Shown: in pieces, positions 12,697 through 27,037 of the stretch
Numbering within the stretch: position 1 is the stretch's first letter
Layout: each line of letters opens with the position of its first letter
Source: Octopus vulgaris
Lineage: Eukaryota
Assembly (NCBI GenBank): GCA_951406725.2
Contig: OX597816.1
Span: forward strand, 86,800,001-86,864,000
Length of the DNA: 64,000 nucleotides
Direction: 5' to 3'
Notes under the pieces: generated by a model
What the model saw: only the letters and a program-made list of their open reading frames with translations
Databases searched by the model: none
Told to the model about the DNA's origin: nothing
Made by a program: the position numbers and the translations under genes

Positions 12697-14158
12697 CATT
12701 GAACTAAATAAAGGAAAGCATTTGCAAACTGAAATGCAGAGATATTTCTATTACGGATAACTCACATGTTACAAGTAAAATGACTTGCTGCACTTCGCTT
12801 CTAGTACATGATCCTTTGTGGAGCACTCGAAACATCCACAGGTGTACTCTTTATAATTATTAGATGAGTTCGCGTAAAATTACCAGAGTGCGAAACTGCT
12901 GCGCTGCTAACGATAAGTATTACATTTGAGATGATTTAATCCAGAGCTTCAAATGCTAATCTGTGAGGATGCAACTGAATGAATAACATTGACATCTTCC
13001 TCACCACAAAATTCCATGTAACATTTTCAGAAAGAGCACCCCAATGGAATTTTCTAAATTTCTACAATCTAAGATAATACTAAATTTGAAATTTGGCGAA
13101 CTCAGAAGGTGGAAACTAATACACGTTACTATAGCAGTCTTTTCGGTATTCTACAAATCCATGGACTGCCACTAACAGCTATGTCCTCGTATGGTTTCGA
13201 AGCATTTCGGGACTTACCAAGTGAGAAAATTGCAGAAACAAACATATCTACCGAATACTAGCTATGATGGGGATATTAACTACTTTGTTTTTTTAATGCT
13301 ACGTATCTACTATTCAGAAAGCCAACAGAAGCGACATACCATCGTATGTGTATGCGTGTGAGTGCGTGTTTGGTTGAATGTACGTGAGTTTGAACGAATA
13401 TGTGTGTACGTGTGCGTGGTTGAATGTGTGTGTGCGTAACTTTGAATGATTGTGTGTGTGTGTGTGCTTGTGTGTCACTGTGCATCAGCTGTTGTGCGAA
13501 ATCATTACAGGAAAAACAAACTGCGTTACCCTCAAAATATAACCGACATTTTTAACTGAACAAAAGACATAATTTCAAGATGTTGGTAAGATAAATGGTT
13601 TAATAGCATTGAAAGACGCATTTAGGGATGGTTTCCGTTTTGACTTCTATATTAAGCTTAGTGGCTATGTCAATGGCTTCCCCTTTACGCTGTTGTATAT
13701 TTGAAGTCAGGCCTTAATCTAGTTACTGCTGACTGGGTTATGGAACACCTCTGCCTAAGTGTACAGTTACTCCTTAAAAGAAGTCACCGGTATTTACGCT
13801 AAGGCCATAGTTCACAGTGTAAACAAGGAAGATAAGGATATAGCGACTGGAATTAAGACTGGATACAAAGCAAAAACCCTCTTTAACTGCAATGCTTATA
13901 TATACAAGTATATACTATGTACATATTTATATATGGATATAATTATATTAGAAAGAGAGAAGGAAATAACACAGACAACTAAGGGTGGCAGAGGAATAGA
14001 GAGAAAGGTTTTATTTATAAGTGCAAGGATGACTATCATGTGATGAGCTTATGAATTATGATCTGCTTCCTCAATATATGCAAATGTGCACGTGGTTGAG
14101 CATACACACACACATACACACATATATACTTATATATATATATATATATATAAATATT

Positions 14159-14224
<66 letters not shown>

Positions 14225-14967
14225 TATATAGATAGATATGAACAAATATATTATATATATATGAATAGTTACACATGTATGTGTGTGTGTGTACACGCGC
14301 ATCTTTCCATGAATTTATGTGCACATACAATAGATCAAATATTTACAACCGTATATATATATTTCAGCATATATCCATCCACACATATTTTATATACATG
14401 TTTAGTCTATTCATCAGACATAGTTGAACAAATAAATAGATATAAATACATACATATACAAGCAATCATTTCCCCATCTCCCATTACATACATATACACA
14501 TATACACGTTCACATTCATAAATATATACATAAACATACACAACATAATGTTTCCGTTCTACACGCACACAAGCTCTCTGTTCTGGCTACTCATGTTTGG
14601 CAGGTACATATTTCAGTTTCATACACAATATAACTTATTTCGAAACATTGGCAGCAAACATTAATTGGGGTCTGACTTCCCTAAATTTCAGGTTATGACC
14701 TCAATATATATACAGTGCCAAATATATAAAGCTTTTCGTACAAGCTTCAGGCATTCTGTACGGGCCCTTTAATCGATTTCGGTAATGCAATTTTCACTTT
14801 TGTTCATATGTATAATATTTTCAGAGAGCGCATTTAAATTTTGCGTTCCTTGTCTGTATGCATATATATATTTGTGAGTGTGTGTATTGTATATATGTAT
14901 GCATGTATAAATATGTGCGCGTTATGTATGTGTGAATGTGGCTGAACATGTATGTATCCATATATAC

Positions 14968-15000
<33 letters not shown>

Positions 15001-15054
15001 CACACGCATATATATATACAAAACTATCTACCTATTTATCTATCTATCTATCTA

Positions 15055-15099
<45 letters not shown>

Positions 15100-15213
15100 T
15101 ACAGAGACAGGTAAATATATACATCTAGATGTGGATACATTCATACATAACTACATATATATGCACACATACACACGCGCGAACAGCACGCACACACACA
15201 CATACATACACAT

Positions 15214-15257
<44 letters not shown>

Positions 15258-15692
15258 CATATAATATACTTAGTCGTATATTACTGTTACTAAACAAAAT
15301 ACTGTTGCTTTGCCAGCATTTATGTGTGAGTATGTCAGTGTGTATGATGGATGTGTGGATGTGCCTGTCGGCCTCTTTTCCGTAATTTATTTCTGCTTAA
15401 CAATAGTAAGACTTTCAGATTCTTTTCCTTGACATCCCATCTCACTCTTTCTTACACATTTCTGTTTATACAAACATAACTTACACACACATAAAGCTAT
15501 CAAGACGTAAAAGCTATCAAGACGTTAAATAGAAATATTAATATATGAATGCATAAACATACACACACAATAACAACAATAGGCACACACATACACACGC
15601 ACGCACACATGCATACACACACATGCATACACACACGCATAAAACCGCAGTAGAATTATATATTTACATCTGTATCATATATATATATATAT

Positions 15693-16114
15693 AGGCGCAG
15701 GAGTGGCTGCGTGGTAAGTAGGTTGCTTACCAACCACATGGTTTCAGGTTCAGTCACGCTGCGTGGCACCTTGGCCAAGTGTCTTCTACTATAGCCTCGG
15801 GCCGATCAAAGCCTTATGAGTGGATTTGGGAGATGGAAACTGAAAGAAGCCCGTCGTATATATTATGTGTGTGTGTGTGTGTTTGTGTGTCTGTGTTTGT
15901 TCCCCCCACCCCACCCTCTACAACGCTTGACATCCGATGCTGGTGTGTTTACATCTCCGTAACTTAGCGGTTCGGCAAAAAGAGACCGATAGAATAAGTA
16001 CTGGGCTTACAAAGAATAAGTCCTGGTGATCGATTTGCTCGACTGAACGGTGGTGCTTCAGCATGGCCGCAGTCAAATGACTGAAACAAGTAAAAGAATA
16101 ATAGAATAAAAGAA
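15693..16114 (+). mobile_element. SINE family B (CORE-like), full length
   Basis: aggcgcaggagtggctgcgtggtaag A box, ggttcagtc B box, CORE-like ccttggccaagtgtcttc, internal (TG)n and (taaaagaa)n tail. Confidence 0.9.
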
Positions 16115-16624
16115 TATATATATACATACATATATATACATTCATAGATACATATATGGTCTCGTATCCCCATCCGACCATTAATCGGATTTGTGGTTTA
16201 GCGCTTTAAATCCAAGAAAGAACCCCTTAGTCACTGACAGGCTGTCATCAAGGTAACAAAAGAGTCCTATCTATCTCAGCTTATTATTTTTTTAATGAGA
16301 GTGTTACATCTCTTAGATAGGCCTTTGACCAAGGTTACTTTCTTTTGTGCACCTCTTTTCTCGTTTTTAGATGGCCATTGACTCTTTTCCTTTCATCTGT
16401 CCCTTGCTGGGCTTTGTCCTTGTTTCTGTGGGGTGTACAAAATCAATATTTCACCCACCACCACCAACCAAGCTTAGAGGGATCGCCGCTTTAGTCGCCG
16501 ACGTCCCAACCATGTAACAGTTTCATTGCGTCACATGTTAAGTGTTCTCTTGTTTATTATTGTTTTATTGCTATCGTTACCACCACTTTACCTATTATTC
16601 TCCTTAGTATTATTGCTAGCTGTG

Positions 16625-16945
16625 AAGGCGCATGGTTCAGTAGTTAGAGCGTCGAGCTTACGATCGTGAGGTTATGAGTTCGATTCCCGAACCGGGCTGC
16701 TTGTTATGTTCTTGAGCAAGACACTTATTTCACGTTGCTCTAGTTAACCCAGCTGTAGAAATGAGTTGTGACATCACTGGTGCCAAGCTGTATTTGCCTT
16801 TCTTTTGGATAACATCAGTGGTGTGGAGGGGGAGGCTGCTATGCATGGGCGACTGCTGGCCTTCCATAAACAATCTTGCCCGGATATGTACCTCGGTGGG
16901 TAACTTTCTAAGTGCAATCCTATGGTCATTCATGACAGAAGGGGA
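16625..16945 (+). mobile_element. tRNA-derived SINE family C
   Basis: ggcgcatggttcagtagttagagcg...gagttcgattccc tRNA head, followed by cttgagcaagacactt. Confidence 0.8.
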
Positions 16946-18294
16946 TCTCCCGTTATTGCTAGCACTGTTCTGTTTACTACTATTAACTGGTATTATTGGC
17001 ATCGTGAGGCGACAACACTTAGGTACAATTACGAATATGTGCGTGTGACACTGAGTATTTGCCTTTACTATTAGGAATGTATGTATGTATGTATGTGTGT
17101 ATATAAGCATGCATACGTGTAGGTATATATGCATGTATGTGTCTGTATGTGAAAAGAATCCTTTCTCTCTCGCAGCTCGTGTTTCACATTTAGAAAACTT
17201 TTAATCGATCGTTTTTATATTTATCTATTTCCTTTTTCTTAATACTTCAAGCTGAGTAAATAATTGATGCGGTTGAAAAAGTATTAGACTAGAGTTGATA
17301 GGAAATATTGACAGTAAAGTCTGCGGTTTGAAGCAGTAAGTATAAGAATAAGTTCTGAAGCCATAAGAATAGACGTAGTCCAAATTGTCCGAAGATTACT
17401 CCGTTGGGGCTAAATCGCTGTTTCAAAGGAAGAATGATCAAAAACCAGTTGTTGGATACGTATCATAGTGACGAAATAGGATGATAAAGCCACTTGTACT
17501 GTGACTAACAAATTTGAATTGATGTGTTGCATACGATTCTAAGGAGAGTCGTACGATTTTTCACCGATTATTTTCCGCAAGACATGAGATTTATTCCAGA
17601 TTATATTCCTCTGATTTGCAGTCATAAAACAAGGTTCTATTTTTCATTGGGCTTTATGCATCCGAAATTTTTGTCGGACACTTGCTTCGCTCTGTCAGGC
17701 TTTGCTATGAAGTTTAAACGTAAATTGCTTAATACAGAAAATCAAGTCTTTTGCGTAGAAACTAAAATTTTAAACATATCAAGAATATTTTTGCAGGGAA
17801 CATTACTTTAAAAGAAAGCTATCATTCAACAGAAAATACTATCGGTTAGAAGAGGAGCTTTGTGTTTTAATTTGTTCGTTACATAGCTTTTATGCTTCAA
17901 CAAAATCGATGAAATTTAGCATGTAGGTATGCGCAGGTAGTTGGAAGGTTTCTCAGCCTAATAATAAATTTATATCATATATGACATGCCTTTACTGAAT
18001 TCTACAAAACTCACTCTCACTATATACATACACAAGCATACACGCATACATTCACACACACATACATACACACGCACATATTCATACACTCACACAGACA
18101 TACACACAGAAGCGCAAACATTTAACGCACAGAGTGAATACATAAGATGAAGGCTCAGTGAATGTTTTAGAAATTAAGAGTAGAAATGACGTTTCGAGCA
18201 TGGTACAAAATGTATATATATACATGCATATATACATACATATATACATACATATATATGCATATATACGTTTATATACATATATATACATATG

Positions 18295-18332
<38 letters not shown>

Positions 18333-18351
18333 GATAGATATATATATATAA

Positions 18352-18515
18352 AGGCGCAGGCGTGTCTGTGTGGTGAGTAACTTACTTCCCAATCACATGG
18401 TTCCAGGTTCAATCCCACTGCGTAGCACTTTGGGCAACTGTCTTTTATTAAGGCCTCGGGCCGACCAAAACCCTTGTGAGTGGATTTGGTAGGCGGAAAC
18501 TGAAAGAATCCCGTC

Positions 18516-18579
<64 letters not shown>

Positions 18580-18842
18580 ATGTGTGTGTGTATGAATTAT
18601 GTATGTATTATGTATATATGTATTTGTGTGTCTGTGTCTGTCCCCACCACCATCGCTTGACGAGTGATGTTGGTGTATTTACGTCCCTGTAACTTAGCAG
18701 TTCGGTAAAAAAAGACCGATACAATAAGTACTACGCTTACAAAGAATAAGTCCTGGGGTTCATTTCTTCGACTAAAGACGGTGCTCCAACATGGCCGCAG
18801 TCAAATGATTGAAACAAGTAAAAGAATAAAAGAAATAAAAGA

Positions 18843-18843
<1 letters not shown>
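18352..18843 (+). mobile_element. SINE family B, full length with expanded internal (TA)n
   Basis: Collinear with 15693-16114. Confidence 0.9.
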
Positions 18844-18877
<34 letters not shown>

Positions 18878-19187
18878 GTCAGTTATTTTATATATACATA
18901 CATATATGTGTGTGTGTGTGTGTGTATTTATGTATAACTTCATATTGACTAAATTATCGAACAGTTTTCGAAAATTCGAAAAGTATATGTCTACTTATTG
19001 TATCTTAATTTGAAATGTTTAGCTGTCTAACCAGTATAGTCGCAAAAAATAAATAAATAACAGAATTTTTGCTCACCAAATGTATTTGTTACCTTTCAGC
19101 AGCGAATATTACTGCATGGCTATTCTTAATTTTGAGTGAAATTTAAAGTGGAATGAAGGTGGGTGTTTGTGTGAGGGTGCATGTATG

Positions 19188-19218
<31 letters not shown>

Positions 19219-19511
19219 TGTATGTATGTATGTATGTATGTGTGTGTGTGGGTATGTATGTATGTATGAATGTATGTATGTATGTACGTACGAATATATG
19301 TATGTACAGATTTGTATGTTTTATGTATGTATTCTTATGCATATAGTTGCATATCTAGACATGCTCATTATATTTAACTGATAAACTTCTGAAAATGTTT
19401 ACAGAATTATACAGTTCCAATGATGGACTGGTTCTCTAGTCTTCGAATTAGCTTTCTCCTTTCTGGTTTTGAGAAGCCAAATTTCTCAAGATACATACAT
19501 ACATATATATA

Positions 19512-19619
<108 letters not shown>

Positions 19620-20459
19620 TATGTATATAAACAAGGAGGGATTAATGATGGATAAGTAATACTGGCGAAATTCTTGTGTAGCTCTCTGCAGATAAAAATA
19701 CACCGTGCCACTATGCTAACAAAAGGTCTTGCGATCGATATTGTGCTCCAGGTATTCCGAAATCGAAGTTTATCACCAATGAAATTTTGTAATTCTGTAG
19801 TCCCATTATGCAGCTGAAATGGTATGTTTTTACTGAGCAATACATAAAATAAACAGAAATACTGGATTTTATATATTTAATTATTTATTATAGGTGTACA
19901 ACTTTTTCAGATCGGTGTTCGGATGCGTTTATGGTTCAAACTTTTTAATCGCTAGATTGATCAACCGAAAATATAGGGAACTACTTGCTCAAATCTCTCT
20001 TCATCAGAGCCAGCAAACCAACTGTCAAAGGAAAATTAAGAAAAGAAAAAGGGAAAGAATTTGGTCAATGTGGCACTTTTTTTATATAGAACTTGGTCAT
20101 CTAATTTTTAGTCATTTGTCCTAAGATTTGGTTGACTCTTATTATGAGTGAATAATACCCATTAAAGAAGTTTGATAGCCAACAGCCGCCTTATGATCAG
20201 TCACCGCCTGTTGAGGATTACTTCTGTATCTTGGATAGAATGTCATGGAAATTTGCAAATATACAAACAGAAAGTTAGTGAGGATGCTATTGATTACTTT
20301 AAAACTGAAGTATTATTTTTTTCGACACAAATATAGATAAACTGTTGAGAGTAAAGATTATAAATATACTTACTGTAACAGATAGAGTGACAATAAATAA
20401 ACGCTTATTACCTATTATTTCTGTCCACAATATATACTATACTGTGTTCATGTGCTTCA

Positions 20460-20830
20460 CAAGTGCTTCAGCGATGTTTCTGGGGTTATGTTTTTGTTTT
20501 AGGTCTTGCAACATAAGACAACCTCACTCATGTAATCCAACAAGTGTGATGATACCCCAGCTTTTGTCCAGTTAGCGCTATTTCTGATAGCATTGCCCTT
20601 TCTAGGGCTCGTATCTCCTGATCCATAACTTCTTTAAAGCAACATCTGCTGTCTCCACACTCTGTCTATCGTACCTAGCTGGAATAACATTTATTTGCCA
20701 GCCATACTCCATTTGTGTGTTAAGGCTACAATTGGTTTTGTGTTAATAAAACACCTTAACAATTCTTCAAGCCGATCACATGGAGAAATTGGGATTCATC
20801 TTCATTTTGGATAAAAGTACAGAAAAACAG
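20460..20830 (-). mobile_element. Decayed 3' end of an RLE-type non-LTR element (HERO-like)
   Basis: Minus strand has a GWQINVIP peptide similar to the GW----P-EVG motif, then gagtgaggttgtcttatgttgcaagacc...accccagaaacatcgctgaag, which resembles HERO 3' UTRs as I recall them. Confidence 0.35.
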
Positions 20831-20930
20831 GAATTCACGATAAAGTCTTGCGAGTATTTTTATTAACAAAAACAAGAAATCAAGAGGGAAGACTCTAGGG
20901 TAACAACTTTTGGGCGATTATCTCCTTTGT

Positions 20931-21005
<75 letters not shown>

Positions 21006-21821
21006 ATAGGGGGTTGTGTGCATATAGCAGTTTGTGTCTGGAACTTTCGTTATGTTTGAATGATTTTGACCTTCACCGATTCAAAGCAGGCGTTGATTTG
21101 ATTCGTCCCCGTAAGCTTGGCAACAAGAGTTAGCATAGTAAACACGAACGCAAAAAATAGGAGTTGATTACTATTTGGCTGCCTGAACTTTTCAAGATAA
21201 AATGCCATAATGGACACATTGCAATGCCAGAAACGTGCTGAGAAATGAATATGTAAAAGTTTATACACCCAGGTATGTATATGTCTGTGTAAGTGTATAT
21301 TTATATAATATATGAATTCTATTATTAAAATATTGAATGCATATATACCACTTTATGCTTTATAAAACATACACGCATTTCGGCATATTACTACCTGAAT
21401 TACATAATTGCTTGCTAGAAAATTATAATTTTATAAAATTTTATTTTATCTCTTCAGTATCTAGCGAAAATGCAACTGGTCATAAATGTTCAATATTTAT
21501 CCATGTTATGGAAATTATGAACGTCATCATCTGCGTGCATGTATGTGTGTGAGTATGTATGTTTGTGTATGTGTGTGTTTATGTGTGCGCGTATGCCTTG
21601 CTTGAGTGGAAATTGAAATTTTGTTTCTTTTAAGTTATTCAAGCGGTTTTGATACACTTCACAACAAGCGAAACTTGATTTTATCGTTCACACAAATGAT
21701 AGATCACTACACCTATATTGAGTCCTTTCTTTAGAAAATTCTTTTTGTTATTTTTGACTTTACACCTGTAATACACACAAGTACACATATTCATACACTC
21801 GCACACAAACATACATATATA

Positions 21822-21872
<51 letters not shown>

Positions 21873-21949
21873 AAAATATATATATATAGATAGATAGAGA
21901 GAGAGAGAGAGGGAGAGAGAGAAAGAGAGAGAGATAAATAGATAGATAT

Positions 21950-21988
<39 letters not shown>

Positions 21989-22271
21989 TATAAATAGTTA
22001 GATAGATAGATAGATAGATAGATAGATACACACACGCATATACTTCTGGCTATTACAGGCTCCTCTATGCGAACACCAAATATTTTCATAATTGTGAAAG
22101 AGGAATGGGTTATGTTGCTGTTGTTTTTGCTTCTGTTTTTGTTATTGGCGGTGGTTGCAATGAATATGTTATTGGTGCTTATGATGTTGCCCTACTAATG
22201 CTGGTAGTAGTTCTGGTGCACCAGACATTTGTCTCCTTTAATAGCAATATATATGTGTATGTGTGTGTGTT

Positions 22272-22305
<34 letters not shown>

Positions 22306-22334
22306 CATGTGTGCGTGCTTATATATATGAAGTA

Positions 22335-22391
22335 AATTATTATTATTATTATTATTATTGTTGTTGTTGTTGTTATCATTATTTTTTAGTA

Positions 22392-22446
<55 letters not shown>

Positions 22447-22565
22447 TACTATTATTATTAATATTATTATAACTATTATCATTATCATTATTTTTATCAT
22501 TCTTATTATTATCATTATTTTATTATTGTTGTTGTTATTATTATTATTTTTATTTTTATTATTAC

Positions 22566-22599
<34 letters not shown>

Positions 22600-22752
22600 A
22601 TTATTATTATTATTGTAGTTATTACCATTTTTACCATTTTTATTATTAATATTATTATCATTGCTTCTATTATTAGTCGTAGTAATATTACTAGTATCAT
22701 CACCATCATCATCATCATTATTATTATCACTATCATTATCAACATCATCAAC
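22335..22752. repeat. Compound (ATT)n/(GTT)n/(ATC)n trinucleotide array
   Basis: Direct reading of the sequence. Confidence 0.95.
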
Positions 22753-23138
22753 GTGGCAGATATTCGTGTTTCGTTACTGCATCTTACAGACTTCTGTTTC
22801 TCCTCTGGTCACAAATGTGGCGTCTACTTGCTAATGATATTTCGATCAAAGGATTTCAATAGGTTGATTTCAGATACTGATATAAGTAAAGAGATCTTTA
22901 ATGATATCTTCCTCAGGCTGAATTCCCCTGAGTTTTACCTCTGTTTCTTTATATATGTTTTCCTTGCGAATGCATCATTGACCCTACTGTTAGCCTTCTG
23001 TCTTGATATACCAAAAAGAAACGCATTATAGTTGTGATTATATCCATACACTATGGACTTAATCATATCTATTTGTACTCAGGTATGTGTACATATCTTT
23101 TCATCTACATATATGTATGTATGTATATGCGTATATAT

Positions 23139-23216
<78 letters not shown>

Positions 23217-23264
23217 ATATGTATGTAAGTGTGCGTGTGCGCGTGTGTGCATACATGTATTTAA

Positions 23265-23417
23265 TTCTGTTACTTCTTTCAGTCGTTTTACTGTGGACAT
23301 GCTGGAGCACAGCATCTAGTCAAACAAATCGATCCCAGGACTTATTCTTTATAAGACTAGTATTTTTTCTACCGGTCTCTTTTGCCGAACCGTTAAGGTT
23401 ACACACACCATCGGTTG
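23265..23417 (-). mobile_element. SINE family B 3' part, ending at the PLE insertion
   Basis: catgctggagcac...tttgccgaaccgttaag...catcggttg. Confidence 0.7.
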
Positions 23418-23455
23418 AGTTCTATATTTGAGAGATGAGGAATCCTCATCTTGCT

Positions 23456-23501
23456 AATACAATGTTTCGGCTGATATACTCTCCAGCCTTCATGAGGTGT
23501 C
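23456..23501 (-). ncRNA. Minimal hammerhead ribozyme motif, degenerate
   Basis: gacac-CTCATGA-a-ggctgg(agagtata)tcagcc-GAAAC-ATT-gtatt; G5 is mutated to C. Confidence 0.6.
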
Positions 23502-23533
23502 CTGGGCAAATTTTTCCGATGTTGTTGTTGTTG

Positions 23534-23568
<35 letters not shown>

Positions 23569-23572
23569 TAGT

Positions 23573-23643
23573 TCACTGCTGAGAATCGAACTCGGGATCT
23601 TAGTGTTAGTAGCTCGCGCTCTTCACCACTATGCCATACGCCC
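23573..23643 (-). promoter_or_regulatory. tRNA-derived Pol III A/B-box module inside the PLE terminal repeat
   Basis: gggcgtaTGGCATAGTGGtgaagagcgcgagctactaacactaagatcccgaGTTCGATTCtc; box spacing is tRNA-like. Confidence 0.7.
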
Positions 23644-23757
23644 GTGAGCAATTATGGAGTGAATTTTAGGGCTCATAAATTTAATATTTTTATATCCTTC
23701 CTTAATACCGGTTCCTATATGCTACTCATATCTGCACGTGCATATGTGCTGCTTCTT

Positions 23758-24662
23758 TATAATCAGTCCATTAGGAGGAAAGTCAACATCGTACGTGAAG
23801 AATTCCATCCACTTCACAGAATTGATCCAGGATACCCACATTGGATCCAACCAGAAGGTGAGTCTAGATGTGATAAGTCTGTTCACCAAAGTCCCAACTG
23901 ATGAAGCACTATCGGTAATTCAAGAAAAATTGGTGACGGATACCTGTCTAAAATGACACACCAGGAAACTAGATGAAAATGTTGACCTTCTGTGTAGAAA
24001 CTACCCACTTCAGAATGGTTATATATCGACAGGAAAAGGGTTTAGCTATGTGTTCGCCATTATCACCGATAATAGCCGATATATACATGGAATACTTTGA
24101 GAATTTAGTTTTAGGATCAACACCACTAAAACCAACCCTCTGGGAGCGATATGTTGATGACACCATTATACTCTGGCCCCACCAGGAAGATGTCCAAGTA
24201 CTCAATAAAGTCATCCTTGCAGCTCACAATGGAAAAAGAAAAAGACAATCATATGGAATTCCTGGACGTATTAATATCACGCAACCAAGTATGAATCCAT
24301 GACATCCGTATACCGCAAGCAAACCTTCACTGAACGATAGCTCAACTTCAGTCCCCACCATCCATACAGTGTAAAGAGAGGGATTGCTATGTGCCTAAAA
24401 CATCCAGCAAAGAATTTAAGTAGTGATCCTGATACAAACCACGAAATAATGATCAAGCTGAGTTACAATCTATTAAGCAACAACTACCCCAAAAACATGC
24501 TATCCACTGCAATTAGGAAGAAAAGGGAGGATGAAACCAATAAACTGACCCCAGTGTGTCCACCCTATGTGAAAGGCCTCTCCAAAAAGATAGAAAAGCT
24601 ATGCAGCCCATAAGACATCAGGACAGTTTTCAAGAGTAAGATAAACTTCTCAAATATCTCTA
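23758..24662 (+). pseudogene. Penelope/Poseidon-type reverse transcriptase, truncated and decayed
   Basis: SYVKNS, VSLDVISLFTKVP, YRQEKGLAMCSPLSPIIADIYME, WERYVDDT, FLDV, VYRK, HHP and PYVKGLS. Confidence 0.92.
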
Positions 24663-24737
24663 AAAAAAGTAGCACTCTTGGGGGCGATTTGTTCGAGTAC
24701 AACCTTTGAATTGCGTACACCACTAGTGAGTAAAGCA

Positions 24738-24885
24738 AGTAGTAGTAGTAGTAGTAGTAGCTGCTGTCGTTGGTGGTGGTGCTGGTAGTGGTGGTGATGG
24801 TCGTTATGGTGATGGTGTTGGTAGTGGAGACGGTAGTGGCAGTGTCGGCGGCAGTGACAGTGGTCAAGGAGGTGAACGTGGTGGC
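24738..24885. repeat. (TAG)n/(TGG)n low-complexity tract
   Basis: Direct reading of the sequence. Confidence 0.85.
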
Positions 24886-25627
24886 TGTCTTATTGGCAGC
24901 ATTGGTGGGTTTGATTTTTCGACAAGATAAATTAGTCTAGAATCGAAACAGATATTTGACTCCATTATGAATTGCATTTCAATCTTCACACACACACGCG
25001 CGCATACATACGCACACACGCACACACACACACACATACACACACCTGGGACTTAATTCTAGCCTGCAGAACTCACTGGTCTGAAGCAACAATAATGTTA
25101 TCAATGTTTACTTTATTGATTAGATGCTATGAGACCTCAATGAAGACAAAGATGATGAAATAGAAATGAAGAACTAGTGATGATAAATGAGAAATTATTT
25201 CTAGCTTTCGGTTAAAATAATTTTGTAGTTATAACTTCAAATATATTTCAGAACTAGTCTATAATACAATTCCGTGTATAGAATTTGGTATTTTCATTTT
25301 ATATTTATGTAATTTGTTGTACAAATGTCTTCATTCTAAATTATGTTTCCAGTGAACATTTGATCGGCTCGTTGACCCACTTCTCCAGCTCGAACAGTCA
25401 ATACGAAGCGTATTGTTTATAAAAGCATGACATGGAATCAAACTGGTAAATGACGAAGAACAAGAGGCATCTGGCCTTTTACTTCATATGTTGTTTACAA
25501 AGTCTACAGCGTAGTATAGTGCGAATAGTGTAGTGCGAGTTAATGAGAGATCCTTGAAATCACTCGGCCTATTAAAAAATAGCAACTAAGTCTCCCTCAA
25601 ATCAGGCTCAACAACATTGCAAGCATT

Positions 25628-26052
25628 CTTTTCATTTATTTTATTTGTTTCAGTCATTTGACTGCGGCCATGCTGGAGCACCACCTTTAGTCGAGCAAAT
25701 CGGCTCCAGGCCTTATTCTTTGTAAGCCTAGTACTTATTCTATCGGTCCCTTTGCCGAACCACTAAGTGACGGGGGCGTAAACACACTAGCGTCGGTTGT
25801 CAAGCGATGATGGAGGGGGACAAACACAGATACACAAACATATACATATGCACACACACACAGACACACACATATATATATATATACATATATACGACAG
25901 GCTTTTTACAGTTTCCGTCTACCAAATCTACTCACAAGGCTTTGGTCGACCCGAGGCTATAGTAGAAGACACTTGCCCAAGATGCCACGCAGTGGGACTG
26001 AACCCGGAACCATGTGGTTGGTAATCAAGCTACTTACCACACAGCCACTCCT
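25628..26052 (-). mobile_element. SINE family B, near full length
   Basis: Reverse complement of 15693-16114. Confidence 0.9.
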
Positions 26053-26931
26053 ATATGTAAAGAAAGTGAGATGATCATGGATTGCTTGCCTTTTAATTTT
26101 GATCCTGCTGAAAACTGATCTTGGTCTAAATAACAACAAAACTGATGGCAGGTTTGCGTATTCATATGGTTTCGCTGTGAAATGGTCTGAATTGTACTCG
26201 TCGCTACATTTGCATTGTAAATGTTCTTTGAGCAAACTATGCATCTCACTTGTATGGGAGCGTCTTCAAACACTAGGTAGATTTCTTCTCTGTATTAACA
26301 CATACAGAAAGGCTGAAAACATAAGAGTAAAGAAAAACAGTGTGTGACACTGATATTGCTGCTGTTGTTATTGATATTGCAGTTTTTGTTGTTGTTTTTG
26401 TTTTGTTGTTGGTTTTTTTTTTTCAGTTCATGACATACTTAATTGAGCAGAGAGAAACGTTTGCCAGTTATGAGGAACTTTATATATTTTTCAAAGCGAT
26501 GTATTAAGATTGCATTAACCAATACGGGGAAATGTGGTTGGATGGTCTTTTTAGCTGCTAAAACAACTACTTAGAGGCAACCTAGATGGGTTGGATATTT
26601 TAGCGATAGTTCTAAAGCGAACAATAATTATAAGAAAATATAATTCAAAAGGCACAATATCTTGTTCGAAAACTACATATAGCATATTTCTGTATCAGTG
26701 AGAGAAGCTGCTTCGTATTTATTCATACACCCATATTCGTGCACACATGCACACACACCCTTATAAATAAATAAAATATATATATATATATATAAATCTA
26801 TGTCTGTATGTATGTGTGTATGTATGTATGTATGTATGTATGTATGTATGCGCGTATGTATGCATACGTGTACAAATATATTTATATGAATATATATATA
26901 TATAATATAAATGCTTATGTCTGTATATATG

Positions 26932-27008
<77 letters not shown>

Positions 27009-27037
27009 CAGTAAAACAAGACTCTCCCCATACATAC

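Larger units (their letters stand above)
23419..23757 (-). mobile_element. Penelope-like element 3' end: endonuclease C-terminus, tRNA-like head, (AAT)n, hammerhead and tail
   Basis: Minus strand reads KEAAHM / ADMSSI*EPVLRKDIKILNL*, then a tRNA head (23643-23573), an HHR (23501-23456) and a tail ending aaatatagaac that matches 59902-59927. Confidence 0.8.

Noticed and set aside
16625-16697. Functional tRNA gene (likewise 12620-12695 and 23573-23643)
   Set aside because: A and B boxes are present but the acceptor stems do not pair and the sequence continues into repeat bodies; these are tRNA-derived heads.
19650-19822. Exon-like island with splice-like signals on both strands
   Set aside because: No consistent acceptor, open frame and donor combination that I could support.
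22753-23031. 92-aa ORF after the trinucleotide array
   Set aside because: GTG start, no splice or homology support.
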